Assembly: GCA_021802965.1 (NCBI GenBank)
Contig: JAJZQZ010000001.1
Location: 1-55,035 of the forward strand
DNA: 55,035 bases
From: Actinomycetes bacterium
Lineage (GTDB): Bacteria; Actinomycetota; Thermoleophilia; RBG-16-64-13
Reading direction: 5' to 3'
Below are positions 20,905-29,357 of the stretch, one piece after another; the first letter of the stretch is position 1, and every line of letters begins with the position of its first letter. Under the pieces are notes generated by a model, which worked only from the letters and a program-made list of their open reading frames with translations, was not told where the DNA came from and did no database searches. Position numbers and translations under genes: made by a program.

Positions 20905-21327
20905 CTAGTCAACTTCTTGCTCGTTCAGAGGAGCGAACCCGGCTGCTACGAGACGCCTTTCGACCGCGTCTACGTCGTCGACTCTCAACACCACTGACAT
21001 CCGCGCGCTCAGGTAGAGGTAGTCGATGGTGGCCCCACACTCCGTGACCAGTTCCAGAACCTTCGCCAACGATCCGACCTTGTCGACCAACGGTACCGAT
21101 ACCACTGGGTCGGCCTTGGTCGTGAACCCCGCCTCGGTAAGCACGGTGTGGGCGCGCCCGGCGTGCTCCGCCAAGACCCGGACGATCCCGTAGTCGCTCA
21201 CGTCGGCCACCGAGAAAGCGAAGATATTGATGTCGTTGGCCGCGAGAAGACTGACAAGCTCCGTGATACGGCCCCGCTTGTTCTGGACGAAAACCGACAG
21301 CTGCGTGACGGACATGACCCTCCCCAC
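20905..21327 (-). CDS. ACT domain-containing protein
   Basis: ORF of 140 aa with two ACT-like halves (LSVFVQNKRGRITELVSLLA...). Proteins of this kind are usually found next to paaK-type ligases. Confidence 0.7.
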   Translation of the reverse strand: MGRVMSVTQLSVFVQNKRGRITELVSLLAANDINIFAFSVADVSDYGIVRVLAEHAGRAHTVLTEAGFTTKADPVVSVPLVDKVGSLAKVLELVTECGATIDYLYLSARMSVVLRVDDVDAVERRLVAAGFAPLNEQEVD

Positions 21328-21410
21328 CTCGGATGGAAGCCCGCCGTGAGGCGGGAACGGATGTATGGAGCCGATTCTACGTCAACGGCCTGGGATACAA
21401 TAGCGACCTG

Positions 21411-21875
21411 ATGGACGCGACTATCCGCAGAGCAGTGCTGGCCGACGCTCCCCGTCTTCAGCGGCTCATCAACGACTACGCCGGCAAGGGCCAGATGCTG
21501 CCGCGGTCGCGTCAGGCCCTCTACGAGCACGTTCGGGACTACCTGGTCGCGGTCGCGGACGGCATCGTGGTGGGGTGCGTGGCGCTGCACGTGTCCTGGG
21601 AGGACCTGGCCGAGATACGCTCGCTCGCCGTCGCCGAGCAGTCCCAGGGTTCAGGTATAGGGGCCGCCCTCGTACGCGCCGCCCTGGAGGACGCTCAGGA
21701 GTTGGGGGTCCGCACCGTCTTCGCCCTGACGTTCGTCGAGGGCTTCTTCCTCAGTCTGGGCTTTCGGCCGGTCGACAAGTCGGAGCTGCCGCACAAGATC
21801 TGGCAGGAGTGCGTGCATTGCATCCACTTTCCCGACTGCGACGAGATGGCGCTCACCCTGGACCTGACCGCGTAG
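21411..21875 (+). CDS. GNAT family N-acetyltransferase (ArgA-like short form)
   Basis: ATG 21411, within ORF 21333..21875. GNAT acetyl-CoA motif (AVAEQSQGSGIGAALV). TACAAT at 21396-21401 lies 9 nt upstream of the ATG. Confidence 0.8.
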   Translation: MDATIRRAVLADAPRLQRLINDYAGKGQMLPRSRQALYEHVRDYLVAVADGIVVGCVALHVSWEDLAEIRSLAVAEQSQGSGIGAALVRAALEDAQELGVRTVFALTFVEGFFLSLGFRPVDKSELPHKIWQECVHCIHFPDCDEMALTLDLTA

Positions 21876-21994
21876 GAGACTGTCGAAGGACGACGTCCCG
21901 GCGGCCACGTTGTATCCTGACCCCGCTGCGTGTTGAACAGGCCCGACCGATAGATGGCCTCGAGGGTCACGGTCGTAAGCACGGAGGAACGACA

Positions 21995-22972
21995 TTGGGC
22001 GCTGCCACGACCAGGGTGTACCGCAAGGGTGTGCTCCACGCCGAAGGCTTTCCGGTCGCCGACGTCTCCGAGTATCTCGAGGATTCAGACACTGTCGTGT
22101 GGGTGGACTTCTGCGGACCCTCGATCGAGCAGTTGCACGAGCTCGTCGACGAGCTCAGCCTGCACGAGCTCGCCGTCGAAGACGCCCTTGGGCGCCACCA
22201 GCGACCGAAGCTCGACCGCTATGCGACGCATCTGTTCCTCGCCTGCCACGCCGTGAGGGTCGACACAGAGGCCGGTGCGCTCCACGAGACCGAGATCGAC
22301 GCGTTCGTCAGCGAGCGCTGGCTCATCACCGTGCGCAAGGACGAGGGGTTCTCCCTGGATCCCGTCCTCGCCCGCTGGGACCGCTCGTCCGTGCTCGCCA
22401 CCCACGGGGTGAGCTTCTTGCTCTACGGGCTGCTCGACGTGGTCGTCGACGGATACTTCGACGCGATCGAGGCGTTCGACGGCTACTACGAGGAGGTCAG
22501 CGATGCGGTCTTCGCGGAGCGTCCTCTCGATCCCGCCGAGCAGCGGAAGTGGTTCGACATGCGCCGCGCCATGGTCCGCTTCCACCGTCTGGCCATGCCC
22601 CTGCGCGAAGCGATCAGCAGCCTCATGCGGCGCGAGCATGTGGCCGTATCCGAAGAGCTCTACCCCTACTTCGCCGACGTCTACGACCACATCCTGCGGG
22701 TCACTGAGTCCGCTGATTCATTGCGCGACTTGGTCAGCACCATCGTCGAGACGAACCTGAGCCTGCGCGATTACCGCCAGAACCTGATCGTCAAGAAGGT
22801 GGGCAGCTGGGCGGCCATCCTCGCCGTACCCACCATCATCACCGGCTACTACGGCATGAATGTCCCCTACCCCGGCTTCGCCAACGTGTGGGGCGTGGCG
22901 GTCTCCACGACACTGATGGTGGGAATGTCCGGTGGACTCTACCTGCTCTTTCGCCGCTGGGACTGGCTCTGA
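21995..22972 (+). CDS. corA: magnesium/cobalt transporter CorA
   Basis: In-frame TTG 21995, preceded by GGAGGA, within ORF 21575..22972. GYYGMNV signature and two C-terminal TM helices. Confidence 0.9.
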   Translation: MGAATTRVYRKGVLHAEGFPVADVSEYLEDSDTVVWVDFCGPSIEQLHELVDELSLHELAVEDALGRHQRPKLDRYATHLFLACHAVRVDTEAGALHETEIDAFVSERWLITVRKDEGFSLDPVLARWDRSSVLATHGVSFLLYGLLDVVVDGYFDAIEAFDGYYEEVSDAVFAERPLDPAEQRKWFDMRRAMVRFHRLAMPLREAISSLMRREHVAVSEELYPYFADVYDHILRVTESADSLRDLVSTIVETNLSLRDYRQNLIVKKVGSWAAILAVPTIITGYYGMNVPYPGFANVWGVAVSTTLMVGMSGGLYLLFRRWDWL

Positions 22973-23000
22973 GCAGGTCGACAGCGCCCGGTCTTCGCTC

Positions 23001-24239
23001 CTAGCCGGCGCGCAAAGCCCCTTCGGTGTACTTGACCGACGGGTCCCAGAGGAGCCACTCCTTCACGCCCGCTTCCTCGACCGCCTTGATCTGCGCCCGC
23101 ACCTGCTCCACCCCGTAGGTCACACCACCTAGAGAGAAGTCCTGCAGCCATGGGCGGACGATGGCGCCGCTCCCGGCGAGACGCACCTCTGAGTCTTTCA
23201 TGGCGTTGACGATCACCTCGTACGGGTGCGAGTTCGGGCTCTTGATGTTGTAGGAGCCCGAGTAGTAGTGGGACGGGTAGATCATCGGGCTGACTATGTC
23301 GACATTGCGGGAGAGCTTCTCGATGCGCTGGCCGATGCCCAGATCGTCCTTTACGTGCACGGTCAAGCCGAACACGTCGGCCGATACCCACACCCCCTTC
23401 TTCTCGAGCCGGTCTCGCGCGTAGGCGAGAAAGTCTGCGATCGCGTCTTCCTTCGAGCTCGTCGCCCCGGGGTACACGGCATCGGAGATCTTGCCGTCGC
23501 TGGGGAAGCGCACGTAGTCGAACTGGATCTCGCGGAACCCCCTGTCGGCGGCTTCCTCGCCCAGGTCCACCAGGTAGTCCCAGACGCGGCGGTCGTAGGG
23601 ATTGGTGTAGGAGGAGCCCTTCTTGTCCTTCCAGTTGCCCCCGTTCTTGCTCCTGACCGCCCATTCAGGGCGCCGTTCCGCAAGAAGCGGGTCGTTGAAG
23701 CAGACGATGCGCGCGATGGGGATGATGTGATGCTCCCGCAAAGTCGCCATCAGGCCGTCTATGTCTTTGATGCGCTTCTCTTCGAGCTTGAGCTCGCCGG
23801 CGAGGGCGACCTTGGAGTCGTAGGATACATAGCCGGTCGCGTCCTTGACGTCGATGACCATCGAGTTGACTTCGGTGCGGTCGGCCAGGGCCAGCTGGGC
23901 GTCCAGGAGCTTCTGAGAACCCGCGGCCCAGGCGGAGAGGTAGATGCCCTTCACCGGTACGTAGGACGCGTCTCTGAAACGGGTCAGATCGATGGGCGTC
24001 ACCGCGGGAACCGGTGCGGGTTTGATGGCTGCGCGCCCCGTGCCGGCGGCGGCTGCGTCACTGCCTTCGCGCGAGAGCGACGGCATCGAGAGTCCGCCGC
24101 CCGCCACCCGGGCGCCCACTGCCCAGAACACGGCGAAACCGGCGACGAAGGCCAAGACGGTGCCCACCACGATCACGATCATCGCGGGACCGGCGGCCTT
24201 CGAGGTCCGCCGCGTCCTCGTCGATACCAACCGTTCCAT
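23001..24239 (-). CDS. membrane-anchored putative glycoside hydrolase (DUF4015-like TIM barrel)
   Basis: ATG 24239 (MERLVSTRTRR..., then a TM helix), within ORF 23001..24641. Has the blocks VKGIYLSAW, NSMVIDVKD and IQFDYVRFP that I associate with the DUF4015 family. Confidence 0.65.
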   Translation of the reverse strand: MERLVSTRTRRTSKAAGPAMIVIVVGTVLAFVAGFAVFWAVGARVAGGGLSMPSLSREGSDAAAAGTGRAAIKPAPVPAVTPIDLTRFRDASYVPVKGIYLSAWAAGSQKLLDAQLALADRTEVNSMVIDVKDATGYVSYDSKVALAGELKLEEKRIKDIDGLMATLREHHIIPIARIVCFNDPLLAERRPEWAVRSKNGGNWKDKKGSSYTNPYDRRVWDYLVDLGEEAADRGFREIQFDYVRFPSDGKISDAVYPGATSSKEDAIADFLAYARDRLEKKGVWVSADVFGLTVHVKDDLGIGQRIEKLSRNVDIVSPMIYPSHYYSGSYNIKSPNSHPYEVIVNAMKDSEVRLAGSGAIVRPWLQDFSLGGVTYGVEQVRAQIKAVEEAGVKEWLLWDPSVKYTEGALRAG

Positions 24240-24329
24240 AGCGCGAGAGTCTACCAGAGGCCGAGCGATACGGCCGCGCACTGCCCCTCGGTGGTCGGCC
24301 CCCGACGATTCTGGTACCGTGCATCCAGC

Positions 24330-25433
24330 ATGCTGAGGTTCGACAAGATAGTCCGCTTCATGGTCGTAGCGTTCATCGTGGGTGGGGTGGTCGGCCTGGT
24401 GGGCGGCTTGGTCTTCGGCGGGGGCAACACGGCCGCCGCTCCGGATGCCACGGTCAGCGCGGCAGCCGGCGAGTCCCAGGCGGTCTCCGGTCGGTCCGGC
24501 AGCGCCGAGACTCAGAAAGCGGCACCCATGACGGCCGAGGGAGCAAAGGCGATCGGTGCGAACGAGTTCGGGCTGATCCCGGTGCTCGAGTACCACAAGA
24601 TCGGCACTCCCGAATCCCAGTGGACCCGTACGCCTGAGCACTTCAGAGAAGACATCGCCCTTCTCAAGTCTGCCGGGTTCTTCCCCATCAACCTGGGCGA
24701 CCTCGTCGACTTGAGCATCGACGTCCCAGCCGGTAAGAGCCCCATCGTCATCACGTTCGACGACTCGAGCCCCGGGCAGTACCGCATCCTCGAGGACGGC
24801 GCCGTGGATCCGGACTCAGGCTTTGGGATCCTGCAGAAGGCGGCCGAAGCGGGTGGATGGGCCCCGCGGGCGTCATTCTTCGTCCTGCTCGACGTGCGGC
24901 CCAACGACAACGTGCTGTTCGGCCAGCCCGACCGGCAGACGGAGAAGCTGCGCAGCCTGGTCTCGTCCGGCTACGAGGTGGGCAGCCACACAGTCACCCA
25001 TCTCAACCTGAAGAAAGCCGCGGAAGCAGAGGCCCGCAAGCAGCTGGCGGTGTCGAAGGCGACGATCGAGAAGTACGTGGGAGGCGGATACAAGGTGCGC
25101 ACGATGTCAGTGCCCTTCGGCGAGTACCCGGCCGACGACGCACTCCTCGCCTCAGGCGAGTACGAGGGGATGCCCTACAGCTACAAGGGGGCCGTCGAGG
25201 TGACCGGCGGTTCCTCGCTGTCGCCCTTCACGAAAGGATTTCAGCCCCTGCACATTCCTCGGATACAGGTCACGGGAAGCGCGCTCCAAGACCTCATCGA
25301 CATGTTCTCCGCGAACCCGGAACTCCGTTACGTCTCCGACGGTGACCCGGCGGCCGTCTCGGCCCCGGCGACCTTGGCCAAGAAGCTGGGGACGCCGCTA
25401 TCGGAGCTCGGGCGCCCGGTGATCAGGTACTGA
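24330..25433 (+). CDS. membrane-anchored polysaccharide deacetylase family protein
   Basis: ATG 24330, within ORF 23226..25433. N-terminal TM helix, then IPVLEYHKIG, ITFDDS and GSHTVTH blocks (NodB-type). Confidence 0.8.
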   Translation: MLRFDKIVRFMVVAFIVGGVVGLVGGLVFGGGNTAAAPDATVSAAAGESQAVSGRSGSAETQKAAPMTAEGAKAIGANEFGLIPVLEYHKIGTPESQWTRTPEHFREDIALLKSAGFFPINLGDLVDLSIDVPAGKSPIVITFDDSSPGQYRILEDGAVDPDSGFGILQKAAEAGGWAPRASFFVLLDVRPNDNVLFGQPDRQTEKLRSLVSSGYEVGSHTVTHLNLKKAAEAEARKQLAVSKATIEKYVGGGYKVRTMSVPFGEYPADDALLASGEYEGMPYSYKGAVEVTGGSSLSPFTKGFQPLHIPRIQVTGSALQDLIDMFSANPELRYVSDGDPAAVSAPATLAKKLGTPLSELGRPVIRY

Positions 25434-25644
25434 TCCGCAGGGTGAGGGCGGTCTCTCCGGATACGACCTGCAATGCAGCCCCGCAGAGCCCGCACTCGGC
25501 GGCCTGCCCGATCTGCGCTTCTCGCCCGAGGTGCAGCTTGACATGACAGTTGGGGCAGAGCGCGTCGACGTCTTCCTCTATTCCCTGTAGCACGAACTTC
25601 TCTCCTACCAGCTCCCACAGGGGGTCGTACTGCTTCTTCGACAC
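25423..25644 (-). CDS. small zinc-ribbon protein (LysW-like C-terminal half)
   Basis: ORF 25423..25650. GTG 25644 has the better spacing to GAGGAG. It carries CPNC...CGLCG pairs with a LysW-like ...ECGLCGAALQVV pattern. Its 3' end overlaps the convergent deacetylase gene by 11 nt. Confidence 0.5.
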   Translation of the reverse strand: MSKKQYDPLWELVGEKFVLQGIEEDVDALCPNCHVKLHLGREAQIGQAAECGLCGAALQVVSGETALTLRIST

Positions 25645-25809
25645 GTGCACTCCTCACTCAAGGTCTTCGGGAAACCGGCCCCATCTCGCCGACGCCGCTC
25701 GCACACGCGGCTTGTGCCGAGTTTCTCACACTCAGGTCCTGCTTCTCAAGTGGCGAGGCGGTGAGACGCGGCCGTGAGGGCTGAAGACCGGACGGGCCTG
25801 AAGGGGTCT

Positions 25810-26493
25810 ATGTCGCGTCTCCGGGTCTTGGACCTCGGCCTGGCGCCCTACGAGGATACCCAGGAGCTCCAGGCTGGGCTGTGCCTCGCCGTCGCCGAGC
25901 AGCGACTCCCCGGCCTACTCCTGCTCCTGGAGCATCCGCCCGTGATCACGCTTGGGGCGCGGGGTACCGACTCCGACCTCGTCGACGGCGGTCTGGGCGA
26001 TACCGGACATCCCCTCGTGCCCGTCGTCCGCTCGGTCCGAGGAGGTGGCGCCACTCTGCACGCACCCGGGCAACTCGTCAGCTATCCGGTCGTCCCGGTG
26101 CCTCGCCGCGATCTACGCTTGTTCGTGCGCTCCTTGGAGGAGGTCGTCGTCCGCGTCCTCGCGGAATACGGCGTCCGCAGCGAGCGCAGCGCCGGACGTC
26201 CCGGCGTGTACGTCGGCGAGGCGAAAATCGCCTCAGTGGGCCTGCGGTGCCGCCGCTGGGTCTCCAGTCACGGCACCTCGCTCAACGTGTCTATCGACCT
26301 GGACCTCTTCGACCGCATCGTGTCCTGCGGCGAGCCCGACCTTCGCCAGACGAGTGTCCTGGCGCTGACGGGCGTGGCGCCTCCCATGGATGAGGTCAAA
26401 CGCCTGTACGCGGCGCGTTTCTGCGAGGTGTTCGACCTCGAGTGCGCGGAACTCGAAACGGCCACGCTCGGCGAGGTCGGAGCGCTCATCTAA
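25810..26493 (+). CDS. lipB: octanoyltransferase (lipoyl(octanoyl) transferase)
   Basis: ATG 25810, within ORF 25774..26493. Blocks LLLLEHPPVITLG, RGGGATLHAPGQLV and KIASVG. Confidence 0.9.
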   Translation: MSRLRVLDLGLAPYEDTQELQAGLCLAVAEQRLPGLLLLLEHPPVITLGARGTDSDLVDGGLGDTGHPLVPVVRSVRGGGATLHAPGQLVSYPVVPVPRRDLRLFVRSLEEVVVRVLAEYGVRSERSAGRPGVYVGEAKIASVGLRCRRWVSSHGTSLNVSIDLDLFDRIVSCGEPDLRQTSVLALTGVAPPMDEVKRLYAARFCEVFDLECAELETATLGEVGALI

Positions 26494-26514
26494 TGGGGAG
26501 ACGTGCGAGCGACA

Positions 26515-26543
26515 TTGGCGGCCCGGTTGCGGTGGGCTATAGT
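26515..26543 (+). promoter_or_regulatory. near-consensus orphan promoter
   Basis: TTGGCG (26515-26520), a 17-nt spacer, then TATAGT (26538-26543). An ATG follows 6 nt after the -10 box. Confidence 0.4.
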
Positions 26544-26549
26544 CGGGAC

Positions 26550-26765
26550 ATGAACGCCGGATCAGCAGTCGCCAAGCAACAGCCGGAGACCGGGCAGGCA
26601 TGTCACGCCGACCGGACCCAGCGACGACACTGTGCCCATTTCCATGAGAAGACGGGGCGCTGCACCAACGCCATCGGACGACCGGCAATCCCAGCCGGCC
26701 CTCGCCGTGCTGACGACGCTCAGGACCCACCAGACGCCGATCCGGAGTCCCCAACCTCCGCGTAG
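26550..26765 (+). CDS. candidate leaderless small Cys/His-rich protein (71 aa), or an sRNA
   Basis: In-frame ATG 26550, within ORF 26442..26765. Product: MNAGSAVAKQQPETGQACHADRTQRRHCAHFHEKTGRCTNAIGRP... Third-position GC looks lower than in neighbouring genes, so coding status is uncertain. Confidence 0.3.
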   Translation: MNAGSAVAKQQPETGQACHADRTQRRHCAHFHEKTGRCTNAIGRPAIPAGPRRADDAQDPPDADPESPTSA

Positions 26766-26780
26766 CGTCGGAACGAGAAG

Positions 26781-26852
26781 TGCCCACGGCAGGAATCGAA
26801 CCTGCGCTCCTGGCTCCGGAGGCCAGTGCTCTATCCCCTGAGCTACGTGGGC
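26781..26852 (-). tRNA. tRNA-Arg (anticodon CCG), no encoded CCA
   Basis: The reverse complement GCCCACGTAGCTCAGGGGATAGAGCACTGGCCTCCGGAGCCAGGAGCGCAGGTTCGATTCCTGCCGTGGGCA folds as a cloverleaf. It has a 7-bp acceptor stem, a CTCCGGA anticodon loop and a TTCGATT T-loop. The sequence after the discriminator A is CTTC, not CCA. Confidence 0.92.
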
Positions 26853-26896
26853 GAGGAGAACCCGGCTAGTATACCGGTTCTAGGCCCTCAGGCCAC

Positions 26897-27859
26897 TCAG
26901 TCTCCCCACATCCCGGCGGCGTCGCGGGCGAAGATCAGCTCCGGCGGCCCCTTTTCCGGGTATGGAACGACCAAGTGGTCGAGATCGGAGGGCAGGATCG
27001 TCTGAGGAAAGGCGGCCCTGGCCTCGTCGAGAAGCTCTCGGCGTCCATGGCGCGAGCTGACGTGGGTGAGCACCAGCAACTCGACTCCCGCTTGCCGGGC
27101 CAGGACGGCGGCCTCCCGGGCGGTCGAGTGCCGGGTCTCCAACGCCCTGGCGGCCTCTGAGTCCGCGAACGTCGAGTCGTGGATCAGCACCGTTGCGTCT
27201 CGGCTCAGCTCGAGGACCTCCCGACTGGGTCGAGTGTCCCCTGAGATGACTATCTTCCGACCCGGTCTCCGTTCGTCCATGACCTGCTCGGGCTCGACCA
27301 CGTCGCCCGTAGGCAAGACGAGGGACTCGCCCGCCTGCAGCCGCCCGAAATCCGGTCCGGGCGTGACGCCGAGGGCCACAGCCCGATCGGGGTGGAACCG
27401 TCCGGGCCGCCACTCTTCCTCCAGGGCGTACGCGAGCCCGGGAATGCCGTGGTGGTTGCGCGCCGACCTGACCACATATCCGTCTCCCTGGACCACGGCG
27501 CCGCCGTCTATCTCGCGAAGGTCGATCGGGTACGGCAGCCGGCCGAACAGCCGATGCGATATCAGCATGATCTCTTCGAGGCCGGGCGGTCCCACGAGAT
27601 CGATGCCCGTCTCACGACCCATCAATCCGAGTGTCTTCAGCATGCCCGGCAGTCCCAAGAAATGGTCCCCGTGCAGATGGGTGATGAAGATGCGGTCGAT
27701 ATGGGCCAACCCCACCGATCGCATCAGCTGCCGTTGCGTCCCCTCCCCACAGTCGAACAGGAGACGCTCGCCCCCTCGGACCAGCAGAAGGCCGCTCGGC
27801 GCGCGGTCGACCGTTGGTACCGCTCCGGCCGTACCGAGGAACACCAGGCTGAGATCCAC
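26897..27859 (-). CDS. rnz: ribonuclease Z
   Basis: ORF of 320 aa. Metallo-beta-lactamase motif THLHGDH with an RNase Z-type N-terminus (LVFLGTAGAVPT..R..S). Confidence 0.92.
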   Translation of the reverse strand: MDLSLVFLGTAGAVPTVDRAPSGLLLVRGGERLLFDCGEGTQRQLMRSVGLAHIDRIFITHLHGDHFLGLPGMLKTLGLMGRETGIDLVGPPGLEEIMLISHRLFGRLPYPIDLREIDGGAVVQGDGYVVRSARNHHGIPGLAYALEEEWRPGRFHPDRAVALGVTPGPDFGRLQAGESLVLPTGDVVEPEQVMDERRPGRKIVISGDTRPSREVLELSRDATVLIHDSTFADSEAARALETRHSTAREAAVLARQAGVELLVLTHVSSRHGRRELLDEARAAFPQTILPSDLDHLVVPYPEKGPPELIFARDAAGMWGD

Positions 27860-27862
27860 CGC

Positions 27863-28282
27863 CTAGTCGGCTGGGTCCCCCGGCCCTTCGACGAGATGCC
27901 GTATCGCCTCGGGGGCATACTCTTCGGGATCGTGGCGGAACAGGGGGTTCTGGCAGCCCCGCCATGAATAGCGAGAGGGATAGGCGTGCTCGATAGCCGC
28001 CTGGCATTCGCGCAGGGGCCTCCTTCGAGCGAGAAGAGCTCCATAGACGTCGCGGCGCGAAGACGGCTCCATGGGCGCCAGGTCGAGCTCGGGCCGGAAG
28101 ATCTTCTGGACGCACCCGAAGTACGTCGTGTCTCCATCGGTGTAGGCGTACACGTATCGGCACGATGTGCGGATGCAGTGGCTCGGATATACGACGTGCT
28201 CGCAGATGACATCGCAGCGGTGGCAGGCCATCTTGCCGGTGTCTTCATGCTCTCTTGCAGCGTGATGTGGTCTAGAGCTCAT
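27863..28282 (-). CDS. Cys-rich hypothetical protein
   Basis: ORF 27863..28300; I prefer ATG 28282. It has 8 Cys (CHRCDVICEH..HCIRTSCRY..GC...C...C) and ends 4 nt before the rnz start. No family recognised. Confidence 0.5.
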   Translation of the reverse strand: MSSRPHHAAREHEDTGKMACHRCDVICEHVVYPSHCIRTSCRYVYAYTDGDTTYFGCVQKIFRPELDLAPMEPSSRRDVYGALLARRRPLRECQAAIEHAYPSRYSWRGCQNPLFRHDPEEYAPEAIRHLVEGPGDPAD

Positions 28283-28289
28283 ATCCTGC

Positions 28290-28295
28290 AGTATA
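28290..28295 (-). promoter_or_regulatory. candidate -10 box for a leaderless transcript
   Basis: Minus-strand TATACT lies 7 nt upstream of ATG 28282, in a locally AT-richer patch. No convincing -35 box. Confidence 0.25.
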
Positions 28296-28371
28296 CACAA
28301 GGCCGTCGCCCGGCCGCACGCAGGTCATGCTGTTCTCTCTCGCGAACCACTCCGCCGCGGATGCCCGTCTT

Positions 28372-29322
28372 CTATCCCACATCCGACTCCGTCCTCGTCC
28401 CCGGCACAAGACGCACGCGACCGAGAGACCTGTCAGTGGCCCAACGCAGGATCGCCGGTTCGAAGACGACGCCCCCCGAGGCCCCCATATGCACCTGCTC
28501 GCTGCAGAACACCGCCCCATGAAGGAGAGTGCCCTCCAGGCGCAGGGAGCCACCGTCGACGACGATCACGGCGAACATGTCCCCCAGGGACGACACACTC
28601 AGGCTCGCTCCGCCGGTGACCACGATCAGGGCTGGGGTCTCCGGGGCGCTCCCGGCTGCGTCGTTCCCGCCCGGGCTGGGATCGCCGGCCGGCGACCAGA
28701 GCGTGTCGGCATACTCGACGTAGCCCAGCCCATCCCGCTCAAGCAGGAGCACGGAAGCGTGAGAACCGTGGGCCATCTCTTCCCGGATCTGGAACAAAGA
28801 TCCCTCATCCAGAGACCACCTCTTTGGCAAGACCGATGACGCGACGTCGGGCCCGAGCATCGCGGCTGGGGGCGAGACTCTGGTGACGACAGGAGCGACG
28901 GTTCCTGTACCGCGCGGTGACGATATGGCCGCGACTGTCCGTGAGTCAGGCCACACAAGTCGATCCGCGACCACGGCTGCGTACGGCAGATCGATGCCGT
29001 CCTGCGCCCTCTCGACGCGGGTCCCGAGTCGACGGTCGGGCCACATGGGCACCCACGCCCGCAGTGTTCCCGGTCTATCGGCTTCGTTCCATTCGAGCTC
29101 GCCGGGCCTGCCCGGTCCGAACTCTTCGACTCGCGCCCCCCACTGGCGACGGGCCGACCCGGCCATTCTGAACAGACGTGTGTCGGCGGCGACGGACTCG
29201 GCGGCTGCGTCGCGCTCCTGGATGAGCAGTGATTCGCCGCCCTGCACCAGGACGGCCAAGCCTGCGCACAGCGCCATGGCGCCCAAGCAGGTCAGCAGCA
29301 CCACCAACAGTACCGACCCCAT
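28372..29322 (-). CDS. PilX-like minor pilin / pilus assembly protein (module A)
   Basis: ATG 29322, within ORF 28372..30000. The upstream part of that ORF overlaps the preceding gene in another frame. PilX_N-like start GSVLLVVLLTCLGAMALCAGLAVLV...IQERDAAAES, with no G-F cleavage motif. Confidence 0.6.
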   Translation of the reverse strand: MGSVLLVVLLTCLGAMALCAGLAVLVQGGESLLIQERDAAAESVAADTRLFRMAGSARRQWGARVEEFGPGRPGELEWNEADRPGTLRAWVPMWPDRRLGTRVERAQDGIDLPYAAVVADRLVWPDSRTVAAISSPRGTGTVAPVVTRVSPPAAMLGPDVASSVLPKRWSLDEGSLFQIREEMAHGSHASVLLLERDGLGYVEYADTLWSPAGDPSPGGNDAAGSAPETPALIVVTGGASLSVSSLGDMFAVIVVDGGSLRLEGTLLHGAVFCSEQVHMGASGGVVFEPAILRWATDRSLGRVRLVPGTRTESDVG

Positions 29323-29357
29323 CTCCCTGGGTCGTGAGCCGCGCTGTGGCCGAACGT

